Assembly: GCF_009914755.1 (NCBI RefSeq)
Contig: NC_060939.1
From: the human T2T-CHM13v2.0 reference genome, Homo sapiens
DNA length: 64,000 bases
Direction: 5' to 3' (one strand)
Shown: positions 26,394 to 41,300 of the stretch, one piece after another
How the letters are laid out: the number at the start of each line of letters is the position of its first letter
Numbering within the stretch: position 1 is the first letter of the stretch
Notes under the pieces: model-generated
Told to the model about the DNA's origin: nothing
Database searches by the model: none
What the model saw: the letters and a program-made list of their open reading frames with translations, nothing else
Translations under genes and position numbers: made by a program

Positions 26394-29300
26394 CTAGGAT
26401 GTGCCTAAATTAACTTTCTGACATAACCCTGTACTGATCATCCAGGTGATGGAGCTTTTGTCTAGGCTCTGCCTAAGGGGGCATTGTGACATATTTCTGC
26501 ATTAATCACCCAGGTAGCGAACTCTTCTCTCGTATCTGCCTATGGGGGCATTGTGAGAAATCTCTGCACTGATCACCCAGGTGATGTAACTGTTGCGTAA
26601 CCTCTGCCTACAGGGGAATTGTGAGAGATCTCCTCACTGTTTACCCAAGTGATGTAACCATGGTCTAGGCTTTGCGTACAGGGGGCTTTGTGACATACCT
26701 TTGCACTGATCACCCGGGTGATGTAACACATCTAAGTTCGGCCTAAAGGAGCCTTGTGACATATCTCCGCCCTGATCTCTTAGGTGATGTAACACTTTTA
26801 TAATCACTGCCTACAGGGAATTTTGACAAATCTCTGCACTGATCACCTAGGTGATGTAACTCTTGTCTACCCTCTGTCCAACGGGGCATTGTGAAATATC
26901 TCTGCACTGATCACCCAGGTGATTCAACTCTTGACTAGGAACTGCCTACAGAGGTTATTGTGAAATATCTCTGCACTGATAAACTAGGTGGTGTAACCCT
27001 TGTCCAAGCTCTGCCTACAGGGTCGTTTCCACACATCGCTGAACTGATGACAAAGGTGATGTAACTCTTGCCTAGGCTTTGCCTACAGGGAACATTGGAC
27101 ATATATCTGCACTGATCACCCAGGTGGTGCAACCCTTGCCTAGGCTTTGCCTACAGGGGACATTGTGACATATATCTTCAATGATCACTCATGTGATGCA
27201 TCTCTTGCCTAGGCTTTGCCTACAGGGGACATTGTGACATATCTCTGCACTGATCTCCCAGGTGCTGTAACTTTAGTCTAGGCTCTGGCTACACGGCATT
27301 GTGACCTACCTCTGCACTGATCACACAGGTGATATAACTCTTCTCTAGGATCTGCCTACAGGGTACTTTGTGACATATCCCTGCACAGATCACCCAGGTG
27401 ATCTAACTCTGGTCTAAGCTCTGCCTAAAGGGGCATTGTGACAGATCTCTGCACTGATCACTCTGGTGATGTAAGTATTGTCTAGGCTCTGCTTCAAGGG
27501 GTCTTGTCACATATCTCTGCACTGATCACCCAGGTGATGTAACTCTTGTCTAGGCTCTGCTTCCAGGGCATATTGTGACATATCTATGCACTGATCACCT
27601 TAGTGATGTAACACTTTGGTAGGCTCGGCCTACAGGGGAATCTTGACATATCTCTGCACTGTTAACCGAGGTGATTTAACTCTTGTCTAGGCTGTGCCCA
27701 CAGGGGTATTGAGACATATCTCTGCACTGATCCCGAGGTGATACAAGTCTTGCCTGGTCTCTGCCTACTGTGGACATTGGGACATATCTCTGCACTGATT
27801 TCCCAGGTGCTGTAACTTTAGACTAGGCTCTGGCTACACGGCATTGTGACATATCACTGCACTGATCACCCAGGCGATATAACTCTTCTCTAGGATCTGA
27901 CCACAGGGTGCTTTGTGACATATCCCTGCAATGATCACCCAGGTGATATACCACTTGCCAAGGCTCTGCCTACAGGGGCATTGCAATGTATCTCTGCACT
28001 GATCACCTAGGTCCTGTAGCTATTTTCTAGGATCTGCCTACAGGGTGCTTTGTGACGTGTCCTAGCAAGGTTTACCCAGGTGATGTACCTCTCATCAAGG
28101 CTCTGCCTACAGGCACATTGTGATGTATCTCTGCACTGATCACCTCGGTCATGTAACTTTTTTCTAGGCTCTACCTACGATGGCATTGTGACATATCTCT
28201 GCACTAATCATCCAAGTGATGTAACTCTTGTCTAGGATGTGCCTAAATTAACTTTTTGACATAACCCTGTACTGATCATCCAGGTGATGGAGCTTTTGTC
28301 TAGGCTCTGCCTAAGGGAGCATTGTGACATATTTCTGCATTGATCACCCAAGTGGCGAACTCTTCTCTCGGATCTGCCTATGGGGACATTGTGAGAAATC
28401 TCTGCACTGATCACCCAGGTGATGTAACTGTTGTGTAACCTCTGCCTACAGGGGAATTGTGAGAGATCTCGTCTCTGATTACCCAAGAGATGTAACCATT
28501 GTCTAGGCTTTGCGTACAGGGGGCTTTGTGACATACCTTTGCACTGATCACCCAGGTGATGTAACACATCTAAGTTCGGCCTAAAGGAGCCTTGTGACAT
28601 ATCTCTGCACTGATCACTTAGGTGATGTAACACTTTTATAATCACTGCCTACAGGGAAATTTGACAAATCTCTGCACTGATCAACTAGGTGATGTAACTC
28701 TTGTCTACCCTCTGTCCAACGGGGCATTGTGAAATGTCTCTGCACTGATCACCCAGGTGATTCAACTCTTGACTAGGAACTGCCTACAGAGGTTAATGTG
28801 AAATATCTCTGCACTGATAAACTAGGTGGTGTAACCCTTGTCCAAGCTCTGCCTACAGGGGCGTTTCCACATATCCCTGAACTGATGACAAAGGTGATGT
28901 AACTCTTGCCTAGGCTTTGCCTACAGGGAACATTGGACATATATCTGCATTGATCACCCAGGTGATGCAACTCTTGCCTAGGCTTTGCCTACAGGGGACA
29001 CTGTGACATATCTCTTCAATGATCACTCATGTGATGCATCTCTTGCCTAGGCTTTGCCTACAGGGGACATTGTGACATATCTCTGAACTGATCTCCCAGG
29101 TGCTGTAACTTTAGTCTAGGCTCTGGCTACACGGCATTTTGACATATCACTGCACTGATCAACCAGGTGATATAACTCTTGTATAGGCTCTGCCTACAGG
29201 GGGATTGTGACCTACCTCTGCACTGATCACCCAGGTGATATAACTCTTCTCTAGGATCTGCCTACAGGGTACTTTGTGACATATCCCTGCACTGATCACC

Positions 29301-32300
29301 CAGGTGATCTAACTCTGGTCTAAGCTCTGCCTAAAGGGGCATTGTGACAGATCTCTGCACTGATCACTCTGGTGATGTAAGTATTGTCTAGGCTCTGCTT
29401 CAAGGGGCCTTGTCACATATCTCTGCACTGATCACCCAGGTGATGTAACTCTTGTCTATGCTCTGCTTCCAGGGCATATTGTGACATATCTATGCACTGA
29501 TCACCTTAGTGATGTAACACTTTTGTAGGCTCGGCCTACAGGGGAATCTTGACATATCTCTGCACTGTTAACCGAGGTGATTTAACTCTTGTCTAGGCTG
29601 TGCCCACAGGGGGATTGAGACATATCTCTGCACTGATCCCGAGGTGATACAACTCTTGCCTGGTCTCTGCCTACTGTGGACATTGTGACATATCTCTGCA
29701 CTGATCTCCCAGGTGCTGTAACTATGCTCTAGGCTCTGGCTACACGGCATTGTGACATATCACTGCACTGATCACCCAGGCGATATATCTCTTCTCTAGG
29801 ATCTGACCACAGGGTGCTTTGTGACATATCCCTGCAATGATCACCCAGGTGATATACCACTTGCCCAGGCTCTCCCTACAGGGGCATTGCAATGTATCTC
29901 TGCACTGATCACCTAGGTCTTGTAGCTATTTTCTAGGATCTGCCTACAGGGTGCTTTGTGACGTGTCCCAGCAAGGATTACCCAGGTGATGTACCTCTCA
30001 TCAAGGCTCTGCCTACAGGCACATTGTGATGTATCTCTGCACTGATCACCTCGGTCATGTAACTATTTTCTAGGCTCTACCTACGATGGCATTGTGACAT
30101 ATCTCTGCACTAATCATCCAAGTGATGTAACTCTTGTCTAGGATGTGCCTAAATTAAATTTTTGACATAACCCTGTACTGACCATCCAGGTGATGGAGCT
30201 TTTGTCTAGGCTCTGCCTAAGGGGGCATTGTGACATATTTCTGCATTGATCACCCAGGTGACGAAGTCTTCTCTCGGATCTGCCTATGGGGGCATTGTGA
30301 GAAATCTCTGCACTGATCACCCAGGTGATGTAACTCTTGTGTAACCTCTGCCTACAGGGGAATTGTGAGAGATCTCGTCACTGATTACCCAAGTGATGTA
30401 ACCATTGTCTAGGCTTTGCGTACAGGGGGCTTTGTGACATACCTTTGCACTGATCACCAAGGTGATGTAACACATCTAAGTTCGGCCTAAAGGAGCTTTG
30501 TGACATATCTCTGCACTGATCACTTAGGTGATGTAACACTTTTATAATCACTGCCTACAGGGAATTTTGACAAATCTCTGCACTGATCACCTAAGTGATG
30601 TAACTCTTGTCTACCCTCTGTCCAACGGGGCACTGTGAAATATCTCTGCACTGATCACCCAGGTGATTCAACTCTTGACTAGGAACTGCCTACAGAGGTT
30701 ATTGTGAAATATCTCTGCACTGATAAACTAGGTGGTGTAACCCTTGTCCAAGCTCTGCCTACAGGGGCGTTTCCACGTATCCCTGAACTGATGACAAAGG
30801 TGATGTAACACTTGCCTAGGCTTTGCCTACAGGGAACATTGGACATATATCTGCACTGATCACCCAAGTGATGCAACTCTTGCCTAGGCTTTGCCTACAG
30901 GGGACATTGTGACATATCTCTTCAATGATCACTCATGTGATGCATCTCTTGCCTAGGCTTTGCCTACAGGGGACATTGTGACATATCTCTGCACTGATCT
31001 CCCAGGTGCTGTAACTTTAGTCTAGGCTCTGGCTACACTTCATTGTGACCTACCTCTGCAATGATCACCCAGGTGATATAACTCTTCTCTAGGATCTGCC
31101 TACAGGGTACTTTGTGACATATCCCTGCACTGATCACCCAGGTGATCTAACTCTGGTCTAAGCTCTGCCTAAAGGGGCATTGTGACAGATCTCTGCACTG
31201 ATCACTCTGGTGATGTAAGTATTGTCTAGGCTCTGCTTCAAGGGGCCTTGTCACATATCTCTGCACTGATCAACCAGGTGATGTAACTCTTGTCTAGGCT
31301 CTGCTTCCAGGACATATTGTGACATATCTATGCACTGATCACCTTAGTGATGTAACACTTTGGTAGGCTCGGCCTACAGGGGAATCTTGACATATCTCTG
31401 CACTGTTAACCGAGGTGATTTAACTCTTGTCTAGGCTGTGCCCACAGGGGGATTGAGTCATATCTCTGCACTGATCCCGAGGTGATACAACTCTTGCCTG
31501 GTCTCTGCCTACTGTGGACATTGGGACATATCTCTGCACTGATCTCCCAGGTGTTGTAACTTTAGTCTAGGCTCTGGCTACACGGCATTGTGACATATCA
31601 CTGCACTGATCACCCAGGCGATATAACTCTTCTGTAGGATCTGACCACAGGGTGCTTTGTGACATATGCCTGCAATGATCACCCAGGTGATATACCACTT
31701 GCCAAGGCTCTGCCTACAGGGGCATTGCAATGTGTCTCTGCACTGATCACCTAGGTCTTGTAGCTATTTTCTAGGATCTGCCTACAGGGTGCTTTGTGAC
31801 GTGTCCCAGCAAGGATTACCCAGGTGATGTACCTCTCATCAAGGCTCTGCCTACAGGCACATTGTGATGTATCTCTGCACTGATCACCTCGGTCATGTAA
31901 CTTTTTTCTAGGCTCTACCTACGATGGCATTGTGACATATCTCGGCACTAATCATCCAAGTGATGTAAATCTTGTCTAGGATGTGCCTAAATTAACTTTT
32001 TGACATAACCCTGTACTGATCATCCAGGTGATGGAGCTTTTGTCTAGGCTCTGCCTAAGGGGGCATTGTGACATATTTCTGCATTGATCACCCAGGTGGC
32101 GAACTCTTCTCTCGGATCTGCCTATGGGGGCATTGTGAGAAATCTCTGCACTGATCACCCAGGTGATGTAACTGTTGTGTAACCTATGCCTACAGGGGAA
32201 TTGTGAGAGATCTCGTCACTGATTACCCAAGTGATGTAACCATTGTCTAGGCTTTGCGTACAGGGGGCTTTGTGACATACCTTTGCACTGATTACCCAGG

Positions 32301-35300
32301 TGATGTAACACATCTAAGTTCGGCCTAAAGGAGCCTTGTGACATATATCTGCACTGATCACTTAGTTGATGTAACACTTTAATAATCACTGCCTACAGGG
32401 AATTTTGACAAATCTCTGCACTGATCACCTAGGTGATGTAATTCTTGTCTACCCTCTGTCCAACGGGGCATTGTGAAATGTCTCTGCACTGATCACCCAG
32501 GTGATTCAACTCTTGACTAGGAACTGCCTACAGAGGTTATTGTGAAATATCTCTGCACTGATAAACTAGGTGGTGTAACCCTTGTCCAAGCTCTGCCTAC
32601 AGGGTCGTTTCCACATATCCCTGAACTGATGACAAAGGTGATGTAACACTTGCCTAGGCTTTGCCTAAAGGGAACATTGGACATATATCTGCACTGATCA
32701 CCCATTTGATGCAACTCTTTCCTAGGCTTTGCCTACAGGGGATATCGGGACATATCTCTTCAATGATCACTCATGTGATGCATCTCTTGCCTAGGCTTTG
32801 CCTACAGGGGACATTGTGACATATCTCTGCACTGATCTCCCAGGTGCTGTAACTTTAGTCTAGGCTCTGGCTACAAGGCATTGTGACCTACCTCTGCACT
32901 GGTCACCCAGGTGATATAACTCTTCTCTAGGATCTGCCTACAGGGTACTTTGTGACATATCCCTGCACTGATCACCCAGGTGATCTAACTCTGGTCTAAG
33001 CTCTGCCTAAAGGGGCATTGTGACAGATCTCTGCACTGATCACTCTGGTGATGTAAGTATTGTCTAGGCTCTGCTTCAAGGGGCCTTGTCACATATCTCT
33101 GCACTGATCACCCAGGTGATGTAACTCTTGTCTAGGCTCTGCTTCCGGGGCATATTGTGACATATCTATGCACTGATCACTTTAGTGATGTAATACTTTG
33201 GTAGGCTCGGCCTACAGGGGAATCTTGACATATCTCTGCACTGTTAACCGAGGTGATTTAACTATTGTCTAGGCTGTGCCCACAGGGGGATTGAGTCATA
33301 TCTCTGCACTGATCCCGAGGTGATACAACTCTTGCCTGGTCTCTGCCTACTGTGGACATTGGGACATATCTCTGCACTGATCTCCCAGGTGCTGTAACTT
33401 TAGTCTAGGCTCTGGCTACACGGCATTGTGACATATCAGTGCACTGATCACCCAGGCGATATAACTCTTCTGTAGGATCTGACCACAGGGTGCTTTGTGA
33501 CATATGCCTGCAATGATCACCCAGGTGATATACCACTTGCCAAGGCTCTGCCTACAGGGGCATTGCAATGTATCTCTGCACTGATCACCTAGGTCTTGTA
33601 GCTATTTTCTAGGATCTGCCTACAGGGTGCTTTGTGACGTGTCCCAGCAAGGATTACCCAGGTGATGTAACTCTCATCAAGGCTCTGCCTACAGGCACAT
33701 TGTGATGTATCTCTTCACTGATCACCTCGGTCATGTAACTTTTTTCGAGGCTCTACCTACGATGGCATTGTGACATATCTCTGCACTAATCATCCAAGTG
33801 ATGTAACTCTTGTCTAGGATGTGCCTAAATTAACTTTTTGACATAACCCTGTACTGATCATCCAGGTGATGGAGCTTTTGTCTAGGCTCTGCCTAAGGGG
33901 GCATTGTGACATATTTCTGCATTAATCACCCAGGTGGCGAACTCTTCTCTCGGATCTGCCTAAGGGGGCATTGTGAGAAATCTCTGCACTGATCACCCAG
34001 GTGATGTAACTGTTGTGTAACCTCTGCCTACAGGGGAATTGTGAGAGATCTCGTCACTGATTACCCAAGTGATGTAACCATGGTCTAGGCTTTGCGTACA
34101 GGGGGCTTTGTGACATACCTTTGCACTGATCACCCAGGTGATGTAACACATCTAAGTTCGGCCTAAAGGAGCCTTGTGACATATCTCCGCACTGATCACT
34201 TAGGTGATGTAACACTTTTATAATCACTGCCTACAGGGAAATTTGACAAATCTCTGCACTGATCACCTAGGTTATGTAACTCTTGTCTACCCTCTGTCCA
34301 ACGGGGCATTGTGAAATGTCTCTGCACTGATCACCCAGGTGATTCAACTCTTGACTAGGAACTGCCTACAGAGGTTATTGTGAAATATCTCTGCACTGAT
34401 AAACTAGGTGGTGTAACCCTTGTCCAAGCTCTAACTACAGGGGCGTTTCCACATATCCCTGAACTGATGACAAAGGTGATGTAACTCTTGCCTAGGCTTT
34501 GCCTTAAGGGAACATTGGACATATATCTGCACTGATCACCCAGGTGATGCAACTCTTGCCTAGGCTTTGCCTACAGGGGACATTGTGACATATCTCTTCA
34601 ATGATCACTCATGTGATGCATCTCTTGCCTAGGCTTTGCCTACAGGGGACATTGTGACATATCTCTGCACTGATCTCCCAGGTGCTGTAACTTTAGTCTA
34701 GGCTCTGGCTACACGGCATTGTGACATATCACTGCACTGATCAACCAGGTGATATAACTCTTGTATGGGCTCTGCCTACAGGGGGATTGTGACCTACCTC
34801 TGCACTGATCACCCAGGTGATATAACTCTTCTCTAGGATCTGCCTACAGGGTAATTTGTGACATATCCCTGCACTGATCACCCAGGTGATCTAACTCTGG
34901 TCTAAGCTCTGCCTAAAGGGGGATTGTGACAGATCTCTGCACTGATCACTCTGGTGATGTAAGTATTGTCTAGGCTCTGCTTCAAGGGGCCTTGTCACAT
35001 ATCTCTGCACTGATCACCCAGGTGATGTAACTCTTGTCTAGGCTCTGATTCCAGGGCATATTGTGACATATCTATGCACTGATCACCTTAGTGATGTAAC
35101 ACTTTTGTAGGCTCGGCCTACAGGGGAATCTTGACATATCTCTGCAGTGTTAACCGAGGTGATTTAACTCTTGTCTAGGCTGTGCCCACAGGGGGATTGA
35201 GACATATCTCTGCACTGATCCCGAGGTGATACAACTCTTGCCTGGTCTCTGCCTACTGTGGACATTGTGACATATCTCTGCACTGATCTCCCAGGTGCTG

Positions 35301-38300
35301 TAACTTTGCTCTAGGCTCTGGCTACACGGCATTGTGACATATCACTGCACTGATCACCCAGGCGATATATCTCTTCTCTAGGATCTGACCACAGGGTGCT
35401 TTGTGACATATCCCTGCAATGATCACCCAGGTGATATACCACTTGCCCAGGCTCTGCCTACAGGGGCATTGCAATGTATCTCTGCACTGATCACCTAGGT
35501 CTTGTAGCTATTTTCTAGGATCTGCCTACAGGGTGCTTTGTGACGTGTCCCAGCAAGGATTACCCAGGTGATGTACCTCTCATCAAGGCTCTGCCTACAG
35601 GCACATTGTGATGTATCTCTGCACTGATCACCTCGGTCATGTAACTATTTTCTAGGCTCTACCTACGATGGCATTGTGACATATCTCTGCACTAATCATC
35701 CAAGTGATGTAACTCTTGTCTAGGATGTGCCTAAATTAAATTTTTGACATAACCCTGTACTGACCATCCAGGTGATGGAGCTTTTGTCTAGGCTCTGCCT
35801 AAGGGGGCATTGTGACATATTTCTGCATTGATCACCCAGGTGACGAAGTCTTCTCTCGGATCTGCCTATGGGGGCATTGTGAGAAATCTCTGCACTGATC
35901 ACCCAGGTGATGTAACTCTTGTGTAACCTCTGCCTACAGGGGAATTGTGAGAGATCTCGTCACTGATTACCCAAGTGATGTAACCATTGTCTAGGCTTTG
36001 CGTACAGGGGGCTTTGTGACATACCTTTGCACTGATCCCCAAGGTGATGTAACACATCAAAGTTCGGCCTAAAGGAGCTTTGTGACATATCTCTGCACTG
36101 ATCACTTAGGTGATGTAACACTTTTATAATCACTGCCTACAGGGAATTTTGACAAATCTCTGCACTGATCACCTAGGTGATGTAACTCTTGTCTACCCTC
36201 TGTCCAACGGGGCACTGTGAAATATCTCTGCACTGATCACCCAGGTGATTCAACTCTTGACTAGGAACTGCCTACAGAGGTTATTGTGAAATATCTCTGC
36301 ACTGATAAACTAGGTGGTGTAACCCTTGTCCAAGCTCTGCCTACAGGGGCGTTTCCACATATCCCCGAACTGATGACAAAGGTGATGTAACACTTGCCTA
36401 GGCTTTGCCTACAGGGAACATTGGACATATATCTGCACTGATCACCCAAGTGATGCAACTCTTGCCTAGGCTTTGCCTACAGGGGACATTGTGACATATC
36501 TCTTCAATGATCACTCATGTGATGCATCTCTTGCCTAGGCTTTGCCTACAGGGGACATTGTGACATATCTCTGCACTGATCTCCCAGGTGCTGTAACTTT
36601 AGTCTAGGCTCTGGCGACACGGCATTGTGACCTACCTCTGCAATGATCACCCAGGTGATATAACTCTTCTCTAGTATCTGCCTACAGGTTACTTTGTGAC
36701 ATATCCCTGCACTGATCACCCAGGTGATCTAACTCTGTTCTAAGCTCTGCCTAAAGGGGCATTGTGACAGATCTCTGCACTGATCACTCTGGTGATGTAA
36801 GTATTGTCTAAGCTCTGCTTCAAGGGGCCTTGTCACATATCTCTGCACTGATCACCCAGGTGAAGTAACTATTGTCTAGGCTCTGCTTCCAGGGCATATT
36901 GTGACATATCTATGCACTGATCACCTTAGTGATGTAACACTTTGGTAGGCTCGGCCTACAGGGGAATCTTGACATATCTCTGCACTGTTAACCGAGGTGA
37001 TTTAACTCTTGTCTAGGCTGTGCCCACAGGGGTATTGAGACATATCTCTGCACTGATCCCGAGGTGATACAACTCTTGCCTGGTCTCTGCCTACTGTGGA
37101 CATTGTGACATATCTCTGCACTGATCTCCCAGGTGCTGTAACTTTAGTCTAGGCTCTGGCTACATGGCATTGTGACATATCACTGCACTGATCACCCAGG
37201 CGATATAACTCTTCTGTAGGATCTGACCACAGGGTGCTTTGTGACATATCCCTGCAATGATCACCCAGGTGATATACCACTTGCCAAGGCTCTGCCTACA
37301 GGGGCATTGCAATGTATCTCTGCACTGATCACCTAGGTCTTGTAGCTATTTTCTAGGATCTGCCTACAGGGTGCTTTGTGACGTGTCCCAGCAAGGATTA
37401 CCCAGGTGATGTACCTCTCATCAAGGCTCTGCCTACAGGCACATTGTGATGTATCTCTGCACTGATCACCTCGGTCATGTAACTTTTTTCTAGGCTCTAC
37501 CTACGATGGCATTGTGACATATCTCTGCACTAATCATCCAAGTGATGTAACTCTTGTCTAGGATGTGCCTAAATTAACTTTTTGACATAACCCTGTACTG
37601 ATCATCCAGGTGATGGAGCTTTTGTCTAGGCTCTGCCTTAGGGGGCATTGTGACATATTTCTGCATTGATCACCCAGGTGGCGGACTCTTCTCTCGGATC
37701 TGCCTATGGGGGCATTGTGAGAAATCTCTGCACTGATCACCCAGGTGATGTAACTGTTGTGTAACCTCTGCCTACAGGGGAATTGTGAGAGATCTCGTCA
37801 CTGATTACCCAAGTGATGTAACCATTGTCCAGGCTTTGCGTACAGGGGGCTTTGTGACATACCTTTGCACTGATCACCCAGGTGATGTAACACATCTAAG
37901 TTCGGCCTAAAGGAGCTTTGTGACATATCTCTGCACTGATCACTTAGGTGATGTAACACTTTTATAATCACTGCCTACAGGGAATTTTGACAAATCTCTG
38001 CACTGATCACCTAGGTGATGTAACTCTTGTCTACCCTCTGTCCAACGGGGCACTGTGAAATATCTCTGCACTGATCACCCAGGTGATTCAACTCTTGACT
38101 AGGAACTGCCTACAGAGGTTATTGTGAAATATCTCTGCACTGATAAACTAGGTGGTGTAACCCTTGTCCAAGCTCTGCCTACGGGGGCGTTTCCACATAT
38201 CCCTGAACTGATGACAAAGGTGATGTAACACTTGCCTAGGCTTTGCCTACAGGGAACATTGGACATATATCTGCACTGATCACCCAAGTGATGCAACTCT

Positions 38301-41300
38301 TGCCTAGGCTTTGCCTACAGGGGACATTGTGACATATCTCTTCAATGATCACTCATGTGATGCATCTCTTGCCTAGGCTTTGCCTACAGGGGACATTGTG
38401 ACATATCTCTGCACTGATCTCCCAGGTGCTGTAACTTTAGCCTAGGCTCTGGCTACACTTCAGTGTGACCTACCTCTGCAATGATCACCCAGGTGATATA
38501 ACTCTTCTCTAGGATCTGCCTACAGGGTACTTTGTGACATATCCCTGCACTGATCACCCAGGTGATCTAACTCTGGTCTAAGCTCTGCCTAAAGGGGCAT
38601 TGTGACAGATCTCTGCACTGATCACTCTGGTGATGTAAGTATTGTCTAGGCTCTGCTTCAAGGGGCCTTGTCACATATCTCTGCACTGATCACCCAGGTG
38701 ATGTAACTCTTGTCTAGGCTCTGCTTCCAGGACATATTGTGACATATCTATGCACTGATCACCTTAGTGATGTAACACTTTGGTAGGCTCGGCCTACAGG
38801 GGAATCTTGACATATCTCTGCACTGTTAACCGAGGTGATTTAACTCTTGTCTAGGCTGTGCCCACAGGGGGATTGAGTCATATCTCTGCACTGATCCCGA
38901 GGTGATACAACTCTTGCCTGGTCTCTGCCTACTGTGGACATTGAGACATATCTCTGCACTGATCTCCCAGGTGTTGTAACTTTAGTCTAGGCTCTGGCTA
39001 CACGGCATTGTGACATATCACTGCACTGATCACCCAGGCGATATAACTCTTCTGTAGGATCTGACCACAGGGTGCTTTGTGACATATGCCTGCAATGATC
39101 ACCCAGGTGATATACCACTTGCCAAGGCTCTGCCTACAGGGGCATTGCAATGTGTCTCTGCACTGATCACCTAGGTCTTGTAGCTATTTTCTAGGATCTG
39201 CCTACAGGGTGCTTTGTGACGTGTCCCAACAAGGATTACCCAGGTGATGTACCTCTCATCAAGGCTCTGCCTACAGGCACATTGTGATGTATCTCTGCAC
39301 TGATCACCTCGGTCATGTAACTTTTTTCTAGGCTCTACCTACGATGGCATTGTGACATATCTCGGCACTAATCATCCAAGTGATGTAAATCTTGTCTAGG
39401 ATGTGCCTAAATTAACTTTTTGACATAACCCTGTACTGATCATCCAGGTGATGGAGCTTTTGTCTAGGCTCTGCCTAAGGGGGCATTGTGACATATTTCT
39501 GCATTGATCACCCAGGTGGCGAACTCTTCTCTCGGATCTGCCTATGGGGGCATTGTGAGAAATCTCTGCACTGATCACCCAGGTGATGTAACTGTTGTGT
39601 AACCTATGCCTACAGGGGAATTGTGAGAGATCTCGTCACTGATTACCCAAGTGATGTAACCATTGTCTAGGCTTTGCGTACAGGGGGCTTTGTGACATAC
39701 CTTTGCACTGATTACCCAGGTGATGTAACACATCTAAGTTCGGCCTAAAGGAGCCTTGTGACATATATCTGCACTGATCACTTAGGTGATGTAACACTTT
39801 AATAATCACTGCCTACAGGGAATTTTGACAAATCTCTGCACTGATCACCTAGGTGATGTAATTCTTGTCTACCCTCTGTCCAACGGGGCATTGTGAAATG
39901 TCTCTGCACTGATCACCCAGGTGATTCAACTCTTGACTAGGAACTGCCTACAGAGGTTATTGTGAAATATCTCTGCACTGATAAACTAGGTGGTGTAACC
40001 CTTGTCCAAGCTCTGCCTACAGGGTCTTTTCCACATATCCCTGAACTGATGACAAAGGTGATGTAACACTTGCCTAGGCTTTGCCTACAGGGAACATTGG
40101 ACATATATCTGCACTGATCACCCATTTGATGCAACTCTTTCCTAGGCTTTGCCTACAGGGGATATCGGGACATATCTCTTCAATGATCACTCATGTGATG
40201 CATCTCTTGCCTAGGCTTTGCCTACAGGGGACATTGTGACATATCTCTGCACTGATCTCCCAGGTGCTGTAACTTTAGTCTAGGCTCTGGCTACACTTCA
40301 GTGTGACCTACTTCTGCAATGATCACCCAGGTGATATAACTCTTCTCTAGGATCTGCCTACAGGGTACTTTGTGACATATCCCTGCACTGATCACCCAGG
40401 TGATCTAACTCTGGTCGAAGCTCTGCCTAAAGGGGCATTGTGACAGATCTCTGCACTGATCACTCTGGTGATGTAAGTATTGTCTAGGCTCTGCTTCAAG
40501 GGGCCTTGTCACATATCTCTGCACTGATCACCAAGGTGATGTAACTCTTGTCTAGGCTCTGCTTCCAGGGCATATTGTGACATATCTATGCACTGATCAC
40601 CTTAGTGATGTAACACTTTTGTAGGCTCGGCCTACAGGGGAATCTTGACATATCTCTGCAGTGTTAACCGAGGTGATTTAACTCTTGTCTAGGCTGTGCC
40701 CACAGGGGGATTGAGACATATCTCTGCACTGATCCCGAGGTGATACAACTCTTGCCTGGTCTCTGCCTACTGTGGACATTGTGACATATCTCTGCACTGA
40801 TCTCCCAGGTGCTGTAACTTTACTCTAGGCTCTGGCTACACGGCATTGTGACATATCACTACACTGATCACCCAGGCGATATATCTCTTCTCTAGGATCT
40901 GACCACACGGTGCTTTGTGACATATCCCTGCAATGATCACCCAGGTGATATACCACTTGCCAAGGCTCTGCCTACAGGGGCATTGCAATGTATCTCTGCA
41001 CTGATCACCTAGGTCTTGTAGCTATTTTCTAGGATCTGCCTACAGGGTGCTTTGTGACGTGTCCCAGCAAGGATTACCCAGGTGATGTACCTCTCATCAA
41101 GGCTCTGCCTACAGGCACATTGTGATGTATCTCTGCACTGATCACCTCGGTCATGTAACTATTTTCTAGGCTCTACCTACGATGGCATTGTGACATATCT
41201 CTGCACTAGTCATCCAAGTGATGTAACTCTTGTCTAGGATGTGTCTAAATTAAATTTTTGACATAACCCTGTACTGATCATCCAGGTGATGGAGCTTTTG